The notes under the pieces: generated by a model
The model's database searches: none
Seen by the model: the letters and a program-made list of their open reading frames with translations, nothing else
What the model was told of the DNA's origin: nothing
Translations under genes and position numbers: made by a program
Source of the DNA: Candidatus Babelota bacterium
GTDB taxonomy: Bacteria; Babelota; Babeliae; Babelales; Vermiphilaceae
NCBI GenBank assembly: GCA_049325595.1
Contig: JBMOLF010000015.1
Coordinates: 74,479 to 138,478 of the forward strand
Length of the DNA stretch: 64,000 nucleotides
Direction: 5' to 3'
Shown here: in pieces, positions 1 to 9,825 of the stretch
How positions within the stretch are numbered: the stretch's first letter is position 1
How the letters are laid out: every line of letters begins with the position of its first letter

Positions 1-566
1 TATTCAAAAATATTTTTTCTTGCTATCGCCAAGTCTTAAAGCTTGGTATTTATGTTGCTGTCGCTAATAGTGCAACTATAAGTATGTATGGATTATGGCA
101 TGTGATAAGAGTACCCACGTCGATATTTTTGCCATATGGATTTATTATTACTGCACTTGCGCTTGCAAGTTTGTATTGGGTACCAGAGCGTTCTCAAGGA
201 GCTACTCTTTTTACTGCTTTTATAGTAGGACTGGTACAAGGATGCGCCTTATTACCCGGTATTTCACGCCTTGCAGTAACATATGTGGTAAGTCGCTGGT
301 TAGGATTATCATACAAACGAGCTTTTGAATTTTCTTTTGCTATACAATTTCCGTTAATTGCCCTAGCAAGTTTTTATGGATTAGTTACGATGCCACCTCT
401 AGCGCGTGTATTATTATTTTCTTGGCAGTCGATGTTTGTTATGATCTGTGCAAGTATTGGTTCATATATGCTTTTAAAGTGGGGATATCAAAAAGCTCGT
501 AATAATACATTTCAACAATTTGCCTGGTATATGATATTGCCTATTTTGCTGAGCTTATTTATTTAA
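1..566 (+). CDS. uppP: undecaprenyl-diphosphate phosphatase (UppP/BacA family), 5' end outside window
   Basis: Frame of the 84-566 ORF stays open back to the window edge. Polytopic membrane protein with GLVQGCALLPGISR, matching the BacA G-x2-Q-x2-A-x2-PG-x-SR motif. Confidence 0.6.
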   Translation, partial: FKNIFSCYRQVLKLGIYVAVANSATISMYGLWHVIRVPTSIFLPYGFIITALALASLYWVPERSQGATLFTAFIVGLVQGCALLPGISRLAVTYVVSRWLGLSYKRAFEFSFAIQFPLIALASFYGLVTMPPLARVLLFSWQSMFVMICASIGSYMLLKWGYQKARNNTFQQFAWYMILPILLSLFI

Positions 567-914
567 AGAGTTGATCAGACGAAAATTCATAGTGAGAACG
601 ATTTCGCGTGGCGGTGTTTTTTCGTTTTCATTGTTATTTTGAACAGAATTTTTTTCTTGATTAAAATCTATTGGCTCATAACGATAGTTAGTTTGCCTAT
701 TTTGATCTTCATCATCGTGAATGAAAGTGAAATTTTTATAGGAAGGATCAAAATCTACGGATAAATTTTTCTTACACCATTCTTCATTGTTATATGACGA
801 TACTATTATGGTAAGAGGCTTATTCCTAGAGCAAAAGGTATTTGGTTTAGGCTCATTGGCATTCAAGTTATAGATGTGAATGAATAAAAAAATAATGATA
901 AAAAATAATTTCAT
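555..914 (-). CDS. small secreted hypothetical protein
   Basis: Internal ATG at 914 is preceded by AAGGAG on the coding strand. N-terminus MKLFFIIIFLFIHIYNLNA is signal-peptide-like. No recognisable domain. Confidence 0.45.
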   Translation of the reverse strand: MKLFFIIIFLFIHIYNLNANEPKPNTFCSRNKPLTIIVSSYNNEEWCKKNLSVDFDPSYKNFTFIHDDEDQNRQTNYRYEPIDFNQEKNSVQNNNENEKTPPREIVLTMNFRLINSLNK

Positions 915-939
915 TACTATTCTCCTTACAAAATTATCT

Positions 940-1194
940 TTATTTTCTTTGGCTTGCTGCCGCCTGAGTTGCAATCGTATTTCTGATTTTTAAAAGTTCA
1001 TCGATGTCGTAGGTTTTCTTTTTTGTATATTTTTCATTTCCTGCACAGGGTATATTGTCGTCATTAATGTTAATGGGAGCAAGACGCATTTTATCTTCTT
1101 GAGATAATCTGTCCCAATTAATGCGATATTCACTTGCAAAGCTTACGGTAAAAATAATGGCCATGCATAGTCCAAAAATTGTTTTATTAAGCAT
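940..1194 (-). CDS. small secreted hypothetical protein
   Basis: 84-aa ORF with N-terminal signal-like MLNKTIFGLCMAIIFTVSFA. No recognisable domain. Confidence 0.4.
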   Translation of the reverse strand: MLNKTIFGLCMAIIFTVSFASEYRINWDRLSQEDKMRLAPININDDNIPCAGNEKYTKKKTYDIDELLKIRNTIATQAAASQRK

Positions 1195-1316
1195 AATATC
1201 CTTTCATAGTAAGAAAAATTACCATTACTATATCATTTTTTTTGTGTAATGTGACTAAATGTCTTGTTAATGAATAAAGCGATTCACTATTCTTTTATCA
1301 AACAAAAAGGAATAGC

Positions 1317-3533
1317 ATGAAAATAAGTAAAGAAAAAAAACAACCAAAACCCTCATTTTCTTGGTATTGGAGTGAAGTAAAAGGAATAATTTGCTTTGCC
1401 GTAGCCTTGTTTATAATAATCTGTCTTTCTTCATATAATCCTTATGATAATTGTTTATTTTATTATGCAATGTGCCCTCAAGTTACTATGAATTGGGGTG
1501 GAATGATTGGAGCATATCTGGCATCCTTTCTTATTTATTTTTTTGATAGTATAGCCTATGCAATAACTGCTTTTTTATTTTTTGTTGGTTACTTATACTG
1601 CACACAAAAATCGTTACACGATCATTGGGAACGCGTGGTAGCTGCAGGTTGTATGGTAATTGTTTTGTCAGGTATTGCCGCTGCTTATCAAATACCAGGA
1701 TTTGTGTATAGTGTTGCTGGTGGTTATATGGGTTCTCAGTTGTATGCATCATTAATTTCTTTTGGTGGTAAATTAGGAGCATTACTTTTATTACATACGT
1801 TATTTTTGATGGGGTTTATTTTAGTAACTCGTTGTTCATTGGCGGCTTTATTATATCGATGTAGAAAAACAATGAGTAATGGTGTGCGTACTGTATATAA
1901 TCATTTGCAAAAGCGCCAAAAGCATGAAACTTATCTTGATGAAAAAGTATCTAAAATAGAACAACTATCTGAGCGTCAAAATCCCATTGATATTATCATT
2001 ACTTCTATTTCAACCGAATCTAAAGAGACGATAAAGCCCTCTTTAAAAATAGATCAAGAACATACTGCTACAATAACCGCTAATAAAACTGTTAAATATT
2101 CTATTGATACTGCATCTTGTCAAGATCATGAAAAAATTATTCCTGATTACGTACGGCCAAGTATTGAAATTTTCTCGTTGCCACCAAATGATCAACAAGA
2201 AAATGCATTATTAAATGAGTTAGAAAAGTCGGCAAAAATACTACAAGACAAACTTGAGCGCTTTGGTATTCAAGGAAAAGTAGTATCGATAAAACGAGGA
2301 CCAGTAGTAACGTTATTTGAATATCAACCAGCAATAGACTCTAAATTAAGTAAAATTATTGCACTTGAAGATGATTTAGCTCTTGCGCTGCAAGCTATGA
2401 GCATTCGTATTTTAGCGCCAATTCCGGGCAAGTCTGTCGTAGGATTTGAAGTTGCAAACAAAAATAGAAAGAATGTGTTAATTGCACAATTAATTAGATC
2501 TGCTGAATATCAAGAAAAAAACTATGCATTACCTTTAATTTTGGGCGAAGATACCATTGGTAATTGTGTGATTATTGATTTAACTAAAATGCCTCATTTA
2601 TTAGTTGCAGGTTCGACCGGATCAGGAAAATCGGTTGCTTTAAATACTATGCTGGTCAGTTTATTGTGCCATTGTACACCAGAAGAATTGCGATTGATTT
2701 TAATTGATCCTAAACGATTAGAATTTGCACCATATGCTGATATTGCACACTTATTATTTCCTATAATAACTGATCCTAAAAATGCTATTAAATCATTAAA
2801 ATGGGCGGTAGAGCATATGGAAGAACGATACCAAAAAATGGCAGAAGCAGGTGCGCGTACTATTGTCGATTACAATGCATTGTTTGTCGATACACCAAGC
2901 GAACAATTTCCTTATCTAGTGATAATGATTGATGAGCTTGCCGATTTGATGATGACTGCCGGTAAAGAGATAGAAGATTTAATTACGCGTTTAGCGCAAA
3001 TGGCGCGTGCAGCCGGCATTCATTTGCTTGTAGCAACACAACGACCGTCGGTTGATGTAATAACCGGATTAATTAAAGTTAATTTTCCGAGTCGCATTTC
3101 GTTTAGAGTTACCTCAAAAACAGATTCTCGTACCATTCTTGATGCTGCCGGTGCAGATAAATTACTCGGACGCGGTGATATGTTATTTTTAAGTGCCCAT
3201 GAAGGACATTTAAAACGCGTGCATGGTGCCTATGTTTCTGATCAAGAGATTATGCAGGTAGTAGCACACATTCAAAAACAACGAACAGTAAGTTACTTAG
3301 ATTTATCAACGGTAACTTTCGATTCTACAAATGCTATTGATGATGTTGATGATCAATTAATGAACGATGTTTTGCAATTTCTTTCGGAAATTGATGAAGT
3401 GTCAATTTCATTATTGCAACGCAAATTTAGGATTGGATATAATCGATCAGCACGTATAATTGATGCACTTGAAACACGCGGTTTTATAGCGCCATCTTCA
3501 GGGAGTAAAACAAGAAAAGTAATACGGCAATAA
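1317..3533 (+). CDS. ftsK: DNA translocase FtsK
   Basis: 738 aa with N-terminal TM helices and a low-complexity linker. Motor domain has Walker A GSTGSGKS and Walker B IMIDELAD. C-terminal gamma winged helix SLLQRKFRIGYNRSARIID. Confidence 0.95.
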   Translation: MKISKEKKQPKPSFSWYWSEVKGIICFAVALFIIICLSSYNPYDNCLFYYAMCPQVTMNWGGMIGAYLASFLIYFFDSIAYAITAFLFFVGYLYCTQKSLHDHWERVVAAGCMVIVLSGIAAAYQIPGFVYSVAGGYMGSQLYASLISFGGKLGALLLLHTLFLMGFILVTRCSLAALLYRCRKTMSNGVRTVYNHLQKRQKHETYLDEKVSKIEQLSERQNPIDIIITSISTESKETIKPSLKIDQEHTATITANKTVKYSIDTASCQDHEKIIPDYVRPSIEIFSLPPNDQQENALLNELEKSAKILQDKLERFGIQGKVVSIKRGPVVTLFEYQPAIDSKLSKIIALEDDLALALQAMSIRILAPIPGKSVVGFEVANKNRKNVLIAQLIRSAEYQEKNYALPLILGEDTIGNCVIIDLTKMPHLLVAGSTGSGKSVALNTMLVSLLCHCTPEELRLILIDPKRLEFAPYADIAHLLFPIITDPKNAIKSLKWAVEHMEERYQKMAEAGARTIVDYNALFVDTPSEQFPYLVIMIDELADLMMTAGKEIEDLITRLAQMARAAGIHLLVATQRPSVDVITGLIKVNFPSRISFRVTSKTDSRTILDAAGADKLLGRGDMLFLSAHEGHLKRVHGAYVSDQEIMQVVAHIQKQRTVSYLDLSTVTFDSTNAIDDVDDQLMNDVLQFLSEIDEVSISLLQRKFRIGYNRSARIIDALETRGFIAPSSGSKTRKVIRQ

Positions 3534-3724
3534 TAATTGATTCGTTCTTTTTTTAAAAAATAATTACTGTTCATTTAGTATTTTCTACAGGTTCAAACAA
3601 TTTTATTAATATGAGTTTTTGGTATTCTTGCTTGACAAATGTTCAAAAAAAAGACATTTTTTCTCCCGTAGCTATTAGATTTATTTTTTAAAATTTTTTA
3701 CCAAGCCAAAAACGGAGAAGGTCA

Positions 3725-5140
3725 ATGTATTTTGATCAGAAATTTATAAAGAGTGTTTTGCAAGACGTGCAATTTATCGGTTCATACGTAGATGACCATA
3801 TTAATTTTTCAATTGATTCACGTGCTATTCAACCAGATGATGTATTTATTGCGTTAAAAGGAACGCGTGTAGATGGCCATGACTATATTGAGCATGCACT
3901 TAATAATGGTGCAGCGGGCTTAATGATTGAGATTTCAAAAAAAGATATTCTCAATCGATTTAGTAAATCAGTTCTTGATGATAAATTTATTATTTTAGTT
4001 AATGATACGCTTTCAGCACTAACAACTCTTGCTGCTGCATGGCGCGCACAATTTTCGTATCCGGTTGTTGGTATAACTGGCTCAGTAGGAAAAACTTCTA
4101 CAAAAGAAAGACTTGCGCAAATTTTTATTCATCAAAACATACCTTGTTTGGCATCAAGCGGTAATCAAAATACCCGTGTTGGTCTTTCTCTTAATATTTT
4201 AAAAATGAGAGATTACCACAAGGTTGCTATTTTTGAGCTTGGTATATCGCGTCGCGGCGAAATGGCTGAATTGGTAAAAATTTTAGACCCTAAGTATGCG
4301 GTAATTACTTATATTGGGCATGCGCATATGGAAGGCCTTGGATCACTTGCTGATATTGCTGCTGAAAAGCGTGATATTTTCAAATATTTCAATGAACGTA
4401 GCATTGGTATTATTAATGGTGATCAACCAATTTTATCGCAGGTAGGATACGCACATCCAGTAATTCGCTTTGGGTATAAAACAATTAATCAAGTACAAGC
4501 ACGTAAAGTACAACCACAAAATACCCAAATGAGTTTTGTGTTAAAACTGTATAAACAAAAATTTAATGTGTTGATTAATCAACCTCATGAAGGGGCTGTG
4601 CTTAATGCATTAGCAGCTGCAGCGACTGCTTATTTACTGGGGGTATCACCTGAAAAAATAGTTGAAGGTATTCAACAACCAATCTCAGTGCCTGGGCGTT
4701 TTGAAGAGTGCGCAATAAGCAAAACAAAAAGCACCCTCATTAATGATTGCTATAATGCAAATCCAGAAAGCATGAAAGCCGCATTACTTGCTTTTCATCG
4801 TATTAATACCAAGCGTTCAAAAATTGCGGTGATTGGTGATATGCTAGAACTCGGACCATTAGCACCATTCTGGCATAGACAAATTGGTAGATTCTTGCGT
4901 AAAGTACCGTCTATTCGTCAGGTGATTTTGGTAGGAAATATGGTACAATGGACTAAGAAAACTATGCCATTAGGTGTATCTGCTGATATTGTTCCTAATT
5001 GGCAAGAAGCGCTTAAAATACTTGATACCAAACTATCAGATGAATCTATGGTTTTGGTAAAAGGGTCACGAGGCATGGCGCTTGATAACATTGTTAATCA
5101 TTTAAGTTCTGAATTAACCCAAGAACATTCAGAGAAATAA
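3725..5140 (+). CDS. murF: UDP-N-acetylmuramoyl-tripeptide--D-alanyl-D-alanine ligase
   Basis: 471 aa with Mur-ligase P-loop GITGSVGKTSTKE and MurF-like N- and C-domains. Lies next to rsmH as in dcw clusters. Confidence 0.92.
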   Translation: MYFDQKFIKSVLQDVQFIGSYVDDHINFSIDSRAIQPDDVFIALKGTRVDGHDYIEHALNNGAAGLMIEISKKDILNRFSKSVLDDKFIILVNDTLSALTTLAAAWRAQFSYPVVGITGSVGKTSTKERLAQIFIHQNIPCLASSGNQNTRVGLSLNILKMRDYHKVAIFELGISRRGEMAELVKILDPKYAVITYIGHAHMEGLGSLADIAAEKRDIFKYFNERSIGIINGDQPILSQVGYAHPVIRFGYKTINQVQARKVQPQNTQMSFVLKLYKQKFNVLINQPHEGAVLNALAAAATAYLLGVSPEKIVEGIQQPISVPGRFEECAISKTKSTLINDCYNANPESMKAALLAFHRINTKRSKIAVIGDMLELGPLAPFWHRQIGRFLRKVPSIRQVILVGNMVQWTKKTMPLGVSADIVPNWQEALKILDTKLSDESMVLVKGSRGMALDNIVNHLSSELTQEHSEK

Positions 5141-5150
5141 ACAGAGATTT

Positions 5151-6062
5151 ATGAAAACATTAAAACCTGTAGCAGTGCATAAAGCGGTTCTTACCAAGCA
5201 AGTTATTGAATATCTTGACCCTCAACCAGGTAAAACATATTTAGATGTTACCTTTGGTTCTGGCGGGCATACACGGGCAATCTTAGAAAAAGAACCAATG
5301 TGTAAAGTAGTAGCCGTGGATTGGGATACCCGCGCATTTGATCTTTTTAGCGGACCGCTCATTGAAGAGTTTGGTGGTCGTCTTACATTGCTATGGGGAA
5401 ATTTTGCTCATCTATACAAAACCCTCAAGAAAGCCGGCATTGAAAAAGTAGATGGGATTTTGGCTGATTTTGGTACTTCACAAGTACAAATATCTCAGCG
5501 TGCAGGATTTTCAGTATATAAAGACACACCGCTTGATATGCGTATGTCGCCAGCCCACCAAAAAATGACGGCGGCGGAGGTGCTTAATAAATCATCAGAA
5601 GAAAAGCTGCGTGAACTATTTTTTCAACTTGGCGAAGAAAGAAATGCAAAAGCAATTGCACGAGCTATTGTTAACCAACGCCAAAAAGAAAAATTTAGAA
5701 CAACCGGGCAATTGGTTGATCTTATAGAACGCGTGGTGCCGGTAAAAGGAAGAAGTAGAATTCATCCGGCTACCAAAGTGTTTCAAGCGCTACGTATTTA
5801 TGTAAACGATGAGTTAAATAATATTCAAGCGTTGCTATCAACAGCACTTACTATTCTTAATCCTGAAGGCAGATTGGTTTGTGTAAGTTTTCATTCTCTT
5901 GAAGACCGACTTGTAAAGCAGTTTATTGCGCAGCATAAAGATGTTTTAGAAAATTTAACACCAAAAGTAGTGGTTGCAGAACCAGATGAATTGCGGATAA
6001 ATCCTTCAGCTCGTTCTGCAAAATTAAGAGCTGCGCGATTTATGAGCGGGCAAAATATTTAG
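5151..6062 (+). CDS. rsmH: 16S rRNA (cytosine1402-N4)-methyltransferase RsmH/MraW
   Basis: 303 aa with motifs DVTFGSGGHT, DFGTSQVQ and SFHSLEDR, typical of MraW. Confidence 0.93.
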   Translation: MKTLKPVAVHKAVLTKQVIEYLDPQPGKTYLDVTFGSGGHTRAILEKEPMCKVVAVDWDTRAFDLFSGPLIEEFGGRLTLLWGNFAHLYKTLKKAGIEKVDGILADFGTSQVQISQRAGFSVYKDTPLDMRMSPAHQKMTAAEVLNKSSEEKLRELFFQLGEERNAKAIARAIVNQRQKEKFRTTGQLVDLIERVVPVKGRSRIHPATKVFQALRIYVNDELNNIQALLSTALTILNPEGRLVCVSFHSLEDRLVKQFIAQHKDVLENLTPKVVVAEPDELRINPSARSAKLRAARFMSGQNI

Positions 6063-6131
6063 CAAAAGAATAATGAAAAATATGCTTTTGAATAGTAATA
6101 ATTTTTTTGTGAATAAAATGCACTAAATTTA

Positions 6132-6159
6132 TTGACAAATCGAAGGCATAGGATAAAAT
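6132..6159 (+). promoter_or_regulatory. sigma70-like promoter upstream of spoVG
   Basis: TTGACA (6132-6137), 16-nt spacer, TAAAAT (6154-6159). About 70 nt upstream of the spoVG ATG. Confidence 0.5.
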
Positions 6160-6226
6160 GATCTCACTGTTATTGTAAAACAAAAAAAAGAGTAGTAAAC
6201 CAGGAATACCTCTGAGGATTGCGGTC

Positions 6227-6517
6227 ATGGCGATAACCATAACAGAAGTAAAAGTTTATCCAGCAAAAGAAAATGGTAGACTTAAGGCATATGCAACAAT
6301 AGTCTTTGAAAATAGCTTCATAGTGCGTGATCTCAAAGTGATCGAAGGCAACAAAGGATATTTTGTATCAATGCCATCGCGTCGCCGCAAGGATGGAACA
6401 TTTAGAGATATTGTTCATCCCTTAAACTCTGAGACTCGTAAGCTTATAGAAGAGCAAGTGATCCAAGAATTTAAAAAAGTAATGGATCTTGAAGAAGATT
6501 ATAATTTAGCAGTTTAA
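6227..6517 (+). CDS. spoVG: SpoVG family nucleic-acid-binding regulator
   Basis: 96 aa. ITEVKVYP..GRLKAYATIVFENSFIVRDLKVIEGNKGYFVSMPSRR matches the conserved SpoVG core. Confidence 0.9.
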   Translation: MAITITEVKVYPAKENGRLKAYATIVFENSFIVRDLKVIEGNKGYFVSMPSRRRKDGTFRDIVHPLNSETRKLIEEQVIQEFKKVMDLEEDYNLAV

Positions 6518-6564
6518 AATTATTTTTTTATCTGCTATACTTTGAAAAGTCTAAAAAATAGCGT

Positions 6565-6638
6565 TGGGGCGTAGCCAAGTGGTAAGGCACCGGGTTTTGG
6601 CTCCGGCACCGGAGGTTCGAATCCTCCCGCCCCAGCCA
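6565..6638 (+). tRNA. tRNA-Gln (anticodon UUG), CCA encoded
   Basis: Hand-folded cloverleaf. Acceptor TGGGGCG/CGCCCCA with the U1:A72 pair typical of bacterial tRNA-Gln; D arm GCC..GGC; anticodon stem CCGGG/TCCGG with loop TTTTGGC (TTG); T arm GGAGG-TTCGAAT-CCTCC; discriminator G plus CCA. Confidence 0.9.
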
Positions 6639-6725
6639 GTCTTCGTTCTCAAGAACTTCTTCTGGCATCCTTCTACGTTAAAAACTTCGTAGGACAAGAG
6701 CCATCAAATTTAAAAGCGATTTGTA
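6638..6725. repeat. direct repeat copy 1 (~88 nt) starting at the last base of tRNA-Gln; candidate att site
   Basis: agtcttcgttctcaagaac...gccatcaaatttaaaagcgatttgta recurs at 12089-12177 with 4 substitutions and a 1-nt indel (hand alignment). Confidence 0.8.
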
Positions 6726-6794
6726 TTTTTACAAGTTGCTTTTTTTGTTTTTAAATGTGATTTAATATAGTTATTTTTATAGTCATAGTAATTA

Positions 6795-7202
6795 ATGCAG
6801 AATTTTCATATGAAAAAAGTTATTGCGGCCGTTTTTGCAAAAGATGGCAAAGTTCTGATAGCGCAACGAGCAAAAAAAGATGTGCTTTTTGGTAAATGGG
6901 AATTTCCTGGTGGCAAGCTTGAAGACAATGAAACCGAACATGAGTGTTTAAAGCGTGAACTATTTGAAGAGCTTGGTATACATGTTGAAGTCGGTTCTTA
7001 CATCTGCTCAAGTTATTTTGAACACAAAAACGCACCCTATGAAATGAGGGCATATTTTGTTACTTCATATTCCGGTGAATTTGTTTTGCATGAGCATCAA
7101 GAAATCAAATGGGTTGCTCATGAAGAACTATCTGAGTACGATATGCCAGAACCGGATAAGCCTATAGTGGAAAAGCTACTTGAAATTAATATGAAGAAAT
7201 AA
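6795..7202 (+). CDS. NUDIX hydrolase (MutT-like), copy 1
   Basis: Nudix box GGKLEDNETEHECLKRELFEELGI. Alternative start at 6810 (MKKVIAAV). The 3' 285 nt are identical to the copy at 14223-14621. Confidence 0.85.
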   Translation: MQNFHMKKVIAAVFAKDGKVLIAQRAKKDVLFGKWEFPGGKLEDNETEHECLKRELFEELGIHVEVGSYICSSYFEHKNAPYEMRAYFVTSYSGEFVLHEHQEIKWVAHEELSEYDMPEPDKPIVEKLLEINMKK

Positions 7203-7384
7203 ATAATTAATTGTTAAATTTTAATTAAACAGACTAACGTTAGTATTAGGTTATATCACTAACGCTTTTTTTATTAAGTTTTATTTGTTCATTAAGAAGC
7301 CTAAATAAAATCTGCTAGACTCTTTTGATAGATTGAATGTGCAAAATAAGTTCCTTAATAAACAACTTTCAATAGTTGTAACTG

Positions 7385-7801
7385 CTATTTACTCTTTTTG
7401 CGAGCATGAATAGCTTTTGATGTTGGTGAAGAAGTAGGTTGTTTTTTAAGTGGGCTTTTCTTAATAGGAGTGGTAATAGCTACCGTTACACTTGCTTTGG
7501 TTGTTGATCGTTTTTTTGGAGCAACCGTTATGGTTATTGCTTGGCCTAAAATATTTAAAAAGCGAAAAAGCCTTTCAAGAGAAAATCCTGATAATTTCCC
7601 TTTACTCAGCGCAGAAATTTTTGGTTGATCAATAGAAAGCAGTTCAGCTGCTGCTGCTTGCGTAAGGCCTTGTTGCTTGATTAAAGTATTGATTTGTCGG
7701 GCAAGCTCTGCCTTAGCAAGACGTTCTTCTGGATTTGCAACACCAAGATCAGCAAATACATTTCCTGAACTTACTTCATAATCATTAGTATGTTTTTTCA
7801 T
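7385..7801 (-). CDS. higA: XRE-family HTH antitoxin (HigA-like) with Lys/Ser/Thr-rich tail
   Basis: HTH core RQINTLIKQQGLTQAAAAELLSIDQPKISALSKGKL. Starts 4 nt downstream of the toxin gene. Confidence 0.7.
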   Translation of the reverse strand: MKKHTNDYEVSSGNVFADLGVANPEERLAKAELARQINTLIKQQGLTQAAAAELLSIDQPKISALSKGKLSGFSLERLFRFLNILGQAITITVAPKKRSTTKASVTVAITTPIKKSPLKKQPTSSPTSKAIHARKKSK

Positions 7802-7805
7802 GGCC

Positions 7806-8168
7806 TTACTTCTTCTTAAATTTTTCTTTATAAATTTCTTCAGCTAATTTCAATCTACTTTTTATAAGCTCTATGTCTTGTTGTGGTGTTTTAATGCCCT
7901 GCTTTGATTTCTTTTGAAAAGCATGAAGCACAAACACTACTTCAGGCATGGTAACCGTGTACACTACCCGATAGGTTCCAGCAGCATCAGAATCTTTAAT
8001 TTCAATAACACCAGCACTACCAAATCCTTTAAGAACTTTTGCATGTTCAGGCATTTGACCCTTTTGAGCAAGGTATAACCCATAGCCCATGGAGTCTATC
8101 ACCTCATCAGGGAGATCTTGTAAATCTTTTTTGCTTGAGCCAATCCAGATCAGTTCTTTGTGTTTCAT
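7806..8168 (-). CDS. higB: RelE/ParE-superfamily toxin, phage Gp49/HigB-like
   Basis: 120 aa. Pattern WIGSSKKDL..LP...GYGLYLAQKG..P...K.L.GFG..GV.EI......GTYRVVYTV....V.VLHAFQKKS fits Gp49-like HigB toxins. Toxin-first gene order as in higBA. Confidence 0.7.
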   Translation of the reverse strand: MKHKELIWIGSSKKDLQDLPDEVIDSMGYGLYLAQKGQMPEHAKVLKGFGSAGVIEIKDSDAAGTYRVVYTVTMPEVVFVLHAFQKKSKQGIKTPQQDIELIKSRLKLAEEIYKEKFKKK

Positions 8169-8283
8169 TTTTGCTACTCAGTTAAAATTATACCATATTT
8201 GGCATAATTTAACAATAATTTAACTCAAAGGCAAAAAGTATGCAAAATTGTTTATAGTTAGATTATTTCTTTAAGCAGCAACC

Positions 8284-9420
8284 CTATCTTTTTATAAATT
8301 TCTTATACTGCTTATTAATCGGTTCGAATTTGACCAATTGTTCCCGCAATGCCTTAAAATGATCAAGAGCCCTAGACAGTTGTATCTTGCTTACATCTGC
8401 AATGAGTCGTTGCCAGCTTCGCGGCGAGCAGCGTGAAAACATAGTTCTTAATTCACGCATGTCCATGATTTCAAGCACTTTTTTAAAGCCATACAGCTGT
8501 AATAGTTGTTTTGGCCCTAAATTGGGATTATTAAACATTAAATCAACGAGCAAGGCTTTACCATTGGTTGATTGGTAATCAAGCAATAGCGGGCGCTTGC
8601 TAACGAGTTCATCAAAATAATGTAACAAAACCTTTTTAGAAATCGCGGGTTTGAACATTTTTTTAAAGGTTACATCAGTTTTAATACCAAGCTTGGTGAA
8701 CAACTCTTTAATTTTAACGCGCTTGTTTAACCGCACTTCCATGCGTAGCACTTCAAACTTAGTGCGTCTTTTTTGCAATTGTTCGTGGGTGGTTAATTGA
8801 AGTTCGTTATCTTTTTCAACTGCTCGCTTATTACTGGTCTGAGCTTTTTCAAGATCGCGAATTTTATCATAGAAAGCGACTTCATAATAATTGGTAAGCC
8901 ATTTAAAACTGTGGCCGGCATTGCGATAGGCAGTTTCATTTACATCAAGTGAGAGCTTGGTGTTAGCTTCTTTGATTTTGTTAATGTAAAAATGTGGCGT
9001 TGAGCCATCGGTTAAACACATGTTTTTTGAATAATGGATGGCAGATACGGGTGCTGATGCGATTGCAGTTGAGGTTGTGCATATGCCCATTGCTTGTAGC
9101 GTTGCTACTAGTTTGTTAATGATGGATGGAAAATCTTTGTAACGCAGTTCGCTAAAATTGTTGCCAAATACGAGCTTGGGTAATGACAGTTCAATTTTAA
9201 GAATAATTTCTGGTTTGCCTAAAAGATTATAACGATATGCAAGAGTAAGACGCGGCTTATAGATTCCTTTTGTGAGTTCTTTTTTTAAAGGGTTTTGCTT
9301 TGATTGCATGCCACGTTCAATTTTTTTTGAAAGTGCCCATGCTGCTGATGGGATAAATAACTCTGGATCGGTAATTTCAAACAAATCTCTACTCAGGGTA
9401 ATAACTATCGTGTCAATCAT
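8284..9420 (-). CDS. replication initiation protein, filamentous-phage gpII/CRI-like (tentative)
   Basis: 378 aa. N-terminus MIDTIVITL resembles gpII MID.L.LR. Segments ELSLPKLVFGNNFSE, VSAIHYSKN and FEVLRMEVRLNKR parallel conserved gpII blocks (from memory of M13 gII, not a search). Confidence 0.4.
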   Translation of the reverse strand: MIDTIVITLSRDLFEITDPELFIPSAAWALSKKIERGMQSKQNPLKKELTKGIYKPRLTLAYRYNLLGKPEIILKIELSLPKLVFGNNFSELRYKDFPSIINKLVATLQAMGICTTSTAIASAPVSAIHYSKNMCLTDGSTPHFYINKIKEANTKLSLDVNETAYRNAGHSFKWLTNYYEVAFYDKIRDLEKAQTSNKRAVEKDNELQLTTHEQLQKRRTKFEVLRMEVRLNKRVKIKELFTKLGIKTDVTFKKMFKPAISKKVLLHYFDELVSKRPLLLDYQSTNGKALLVDLMFNNPNLGPKQLLQLYGFKKVLEIMDMRELRTMFSRCSPRSWQRLIADVSKIQLSRALDHFKALREQLVKFEPINKQYKKFIKR

Positions 9421-9537
9421 GATGCTCGCTACAAGGTGATATTATTTTGCATGCATCAAGGATAAAAGAGATGGTAATAAAGACAAGCGTAAATGATTAG
9501 TTAATATTTGAGAATTTCGTGTATTGGTTCGTGACTT

Positions 9538-9765
9538 TTATCGAGTAAGCAATAGATAAAGAATTACAGCGATAATAATTGCTAATAAAGAAGCCCGCTC
9601 AATGAGCGAGCCTACTGTGCGCCCTTGATTGGGAGCTTTTGATTGTTTGGTTTTTGAACTGCTTATACGCTTATCAATGGTGGCCAGTATCTGAAAGAAC
9701 GTAGCCAATCGTTGTTGATCTGAAAAAGACAATAGTCTTTGTGTTGTTTGCTTTTTTAGAGACAT
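9538..9765 (-). CDS. hypothetical small protein with C-terminal TM helix
   Basis: 75-aa ORF with a C-terminal hydrophobic stretch LLAIIIAVILYLLL. No homology recognised. Confidence 0.3.
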   Translation of the reverse strand: MSLKKQTTQRLLSFSDQQRLATFFQILATIDKRISSSKTKQSKAPNQGRTVGSLIERASLLAIIIAVILYLLLTR

Positions 9766-9825
9766 AAAAAAATTGTTGATTGTTAGATCAATTTAAAAAT
9801 AAATAATACTTAAGTGGATTACTTA

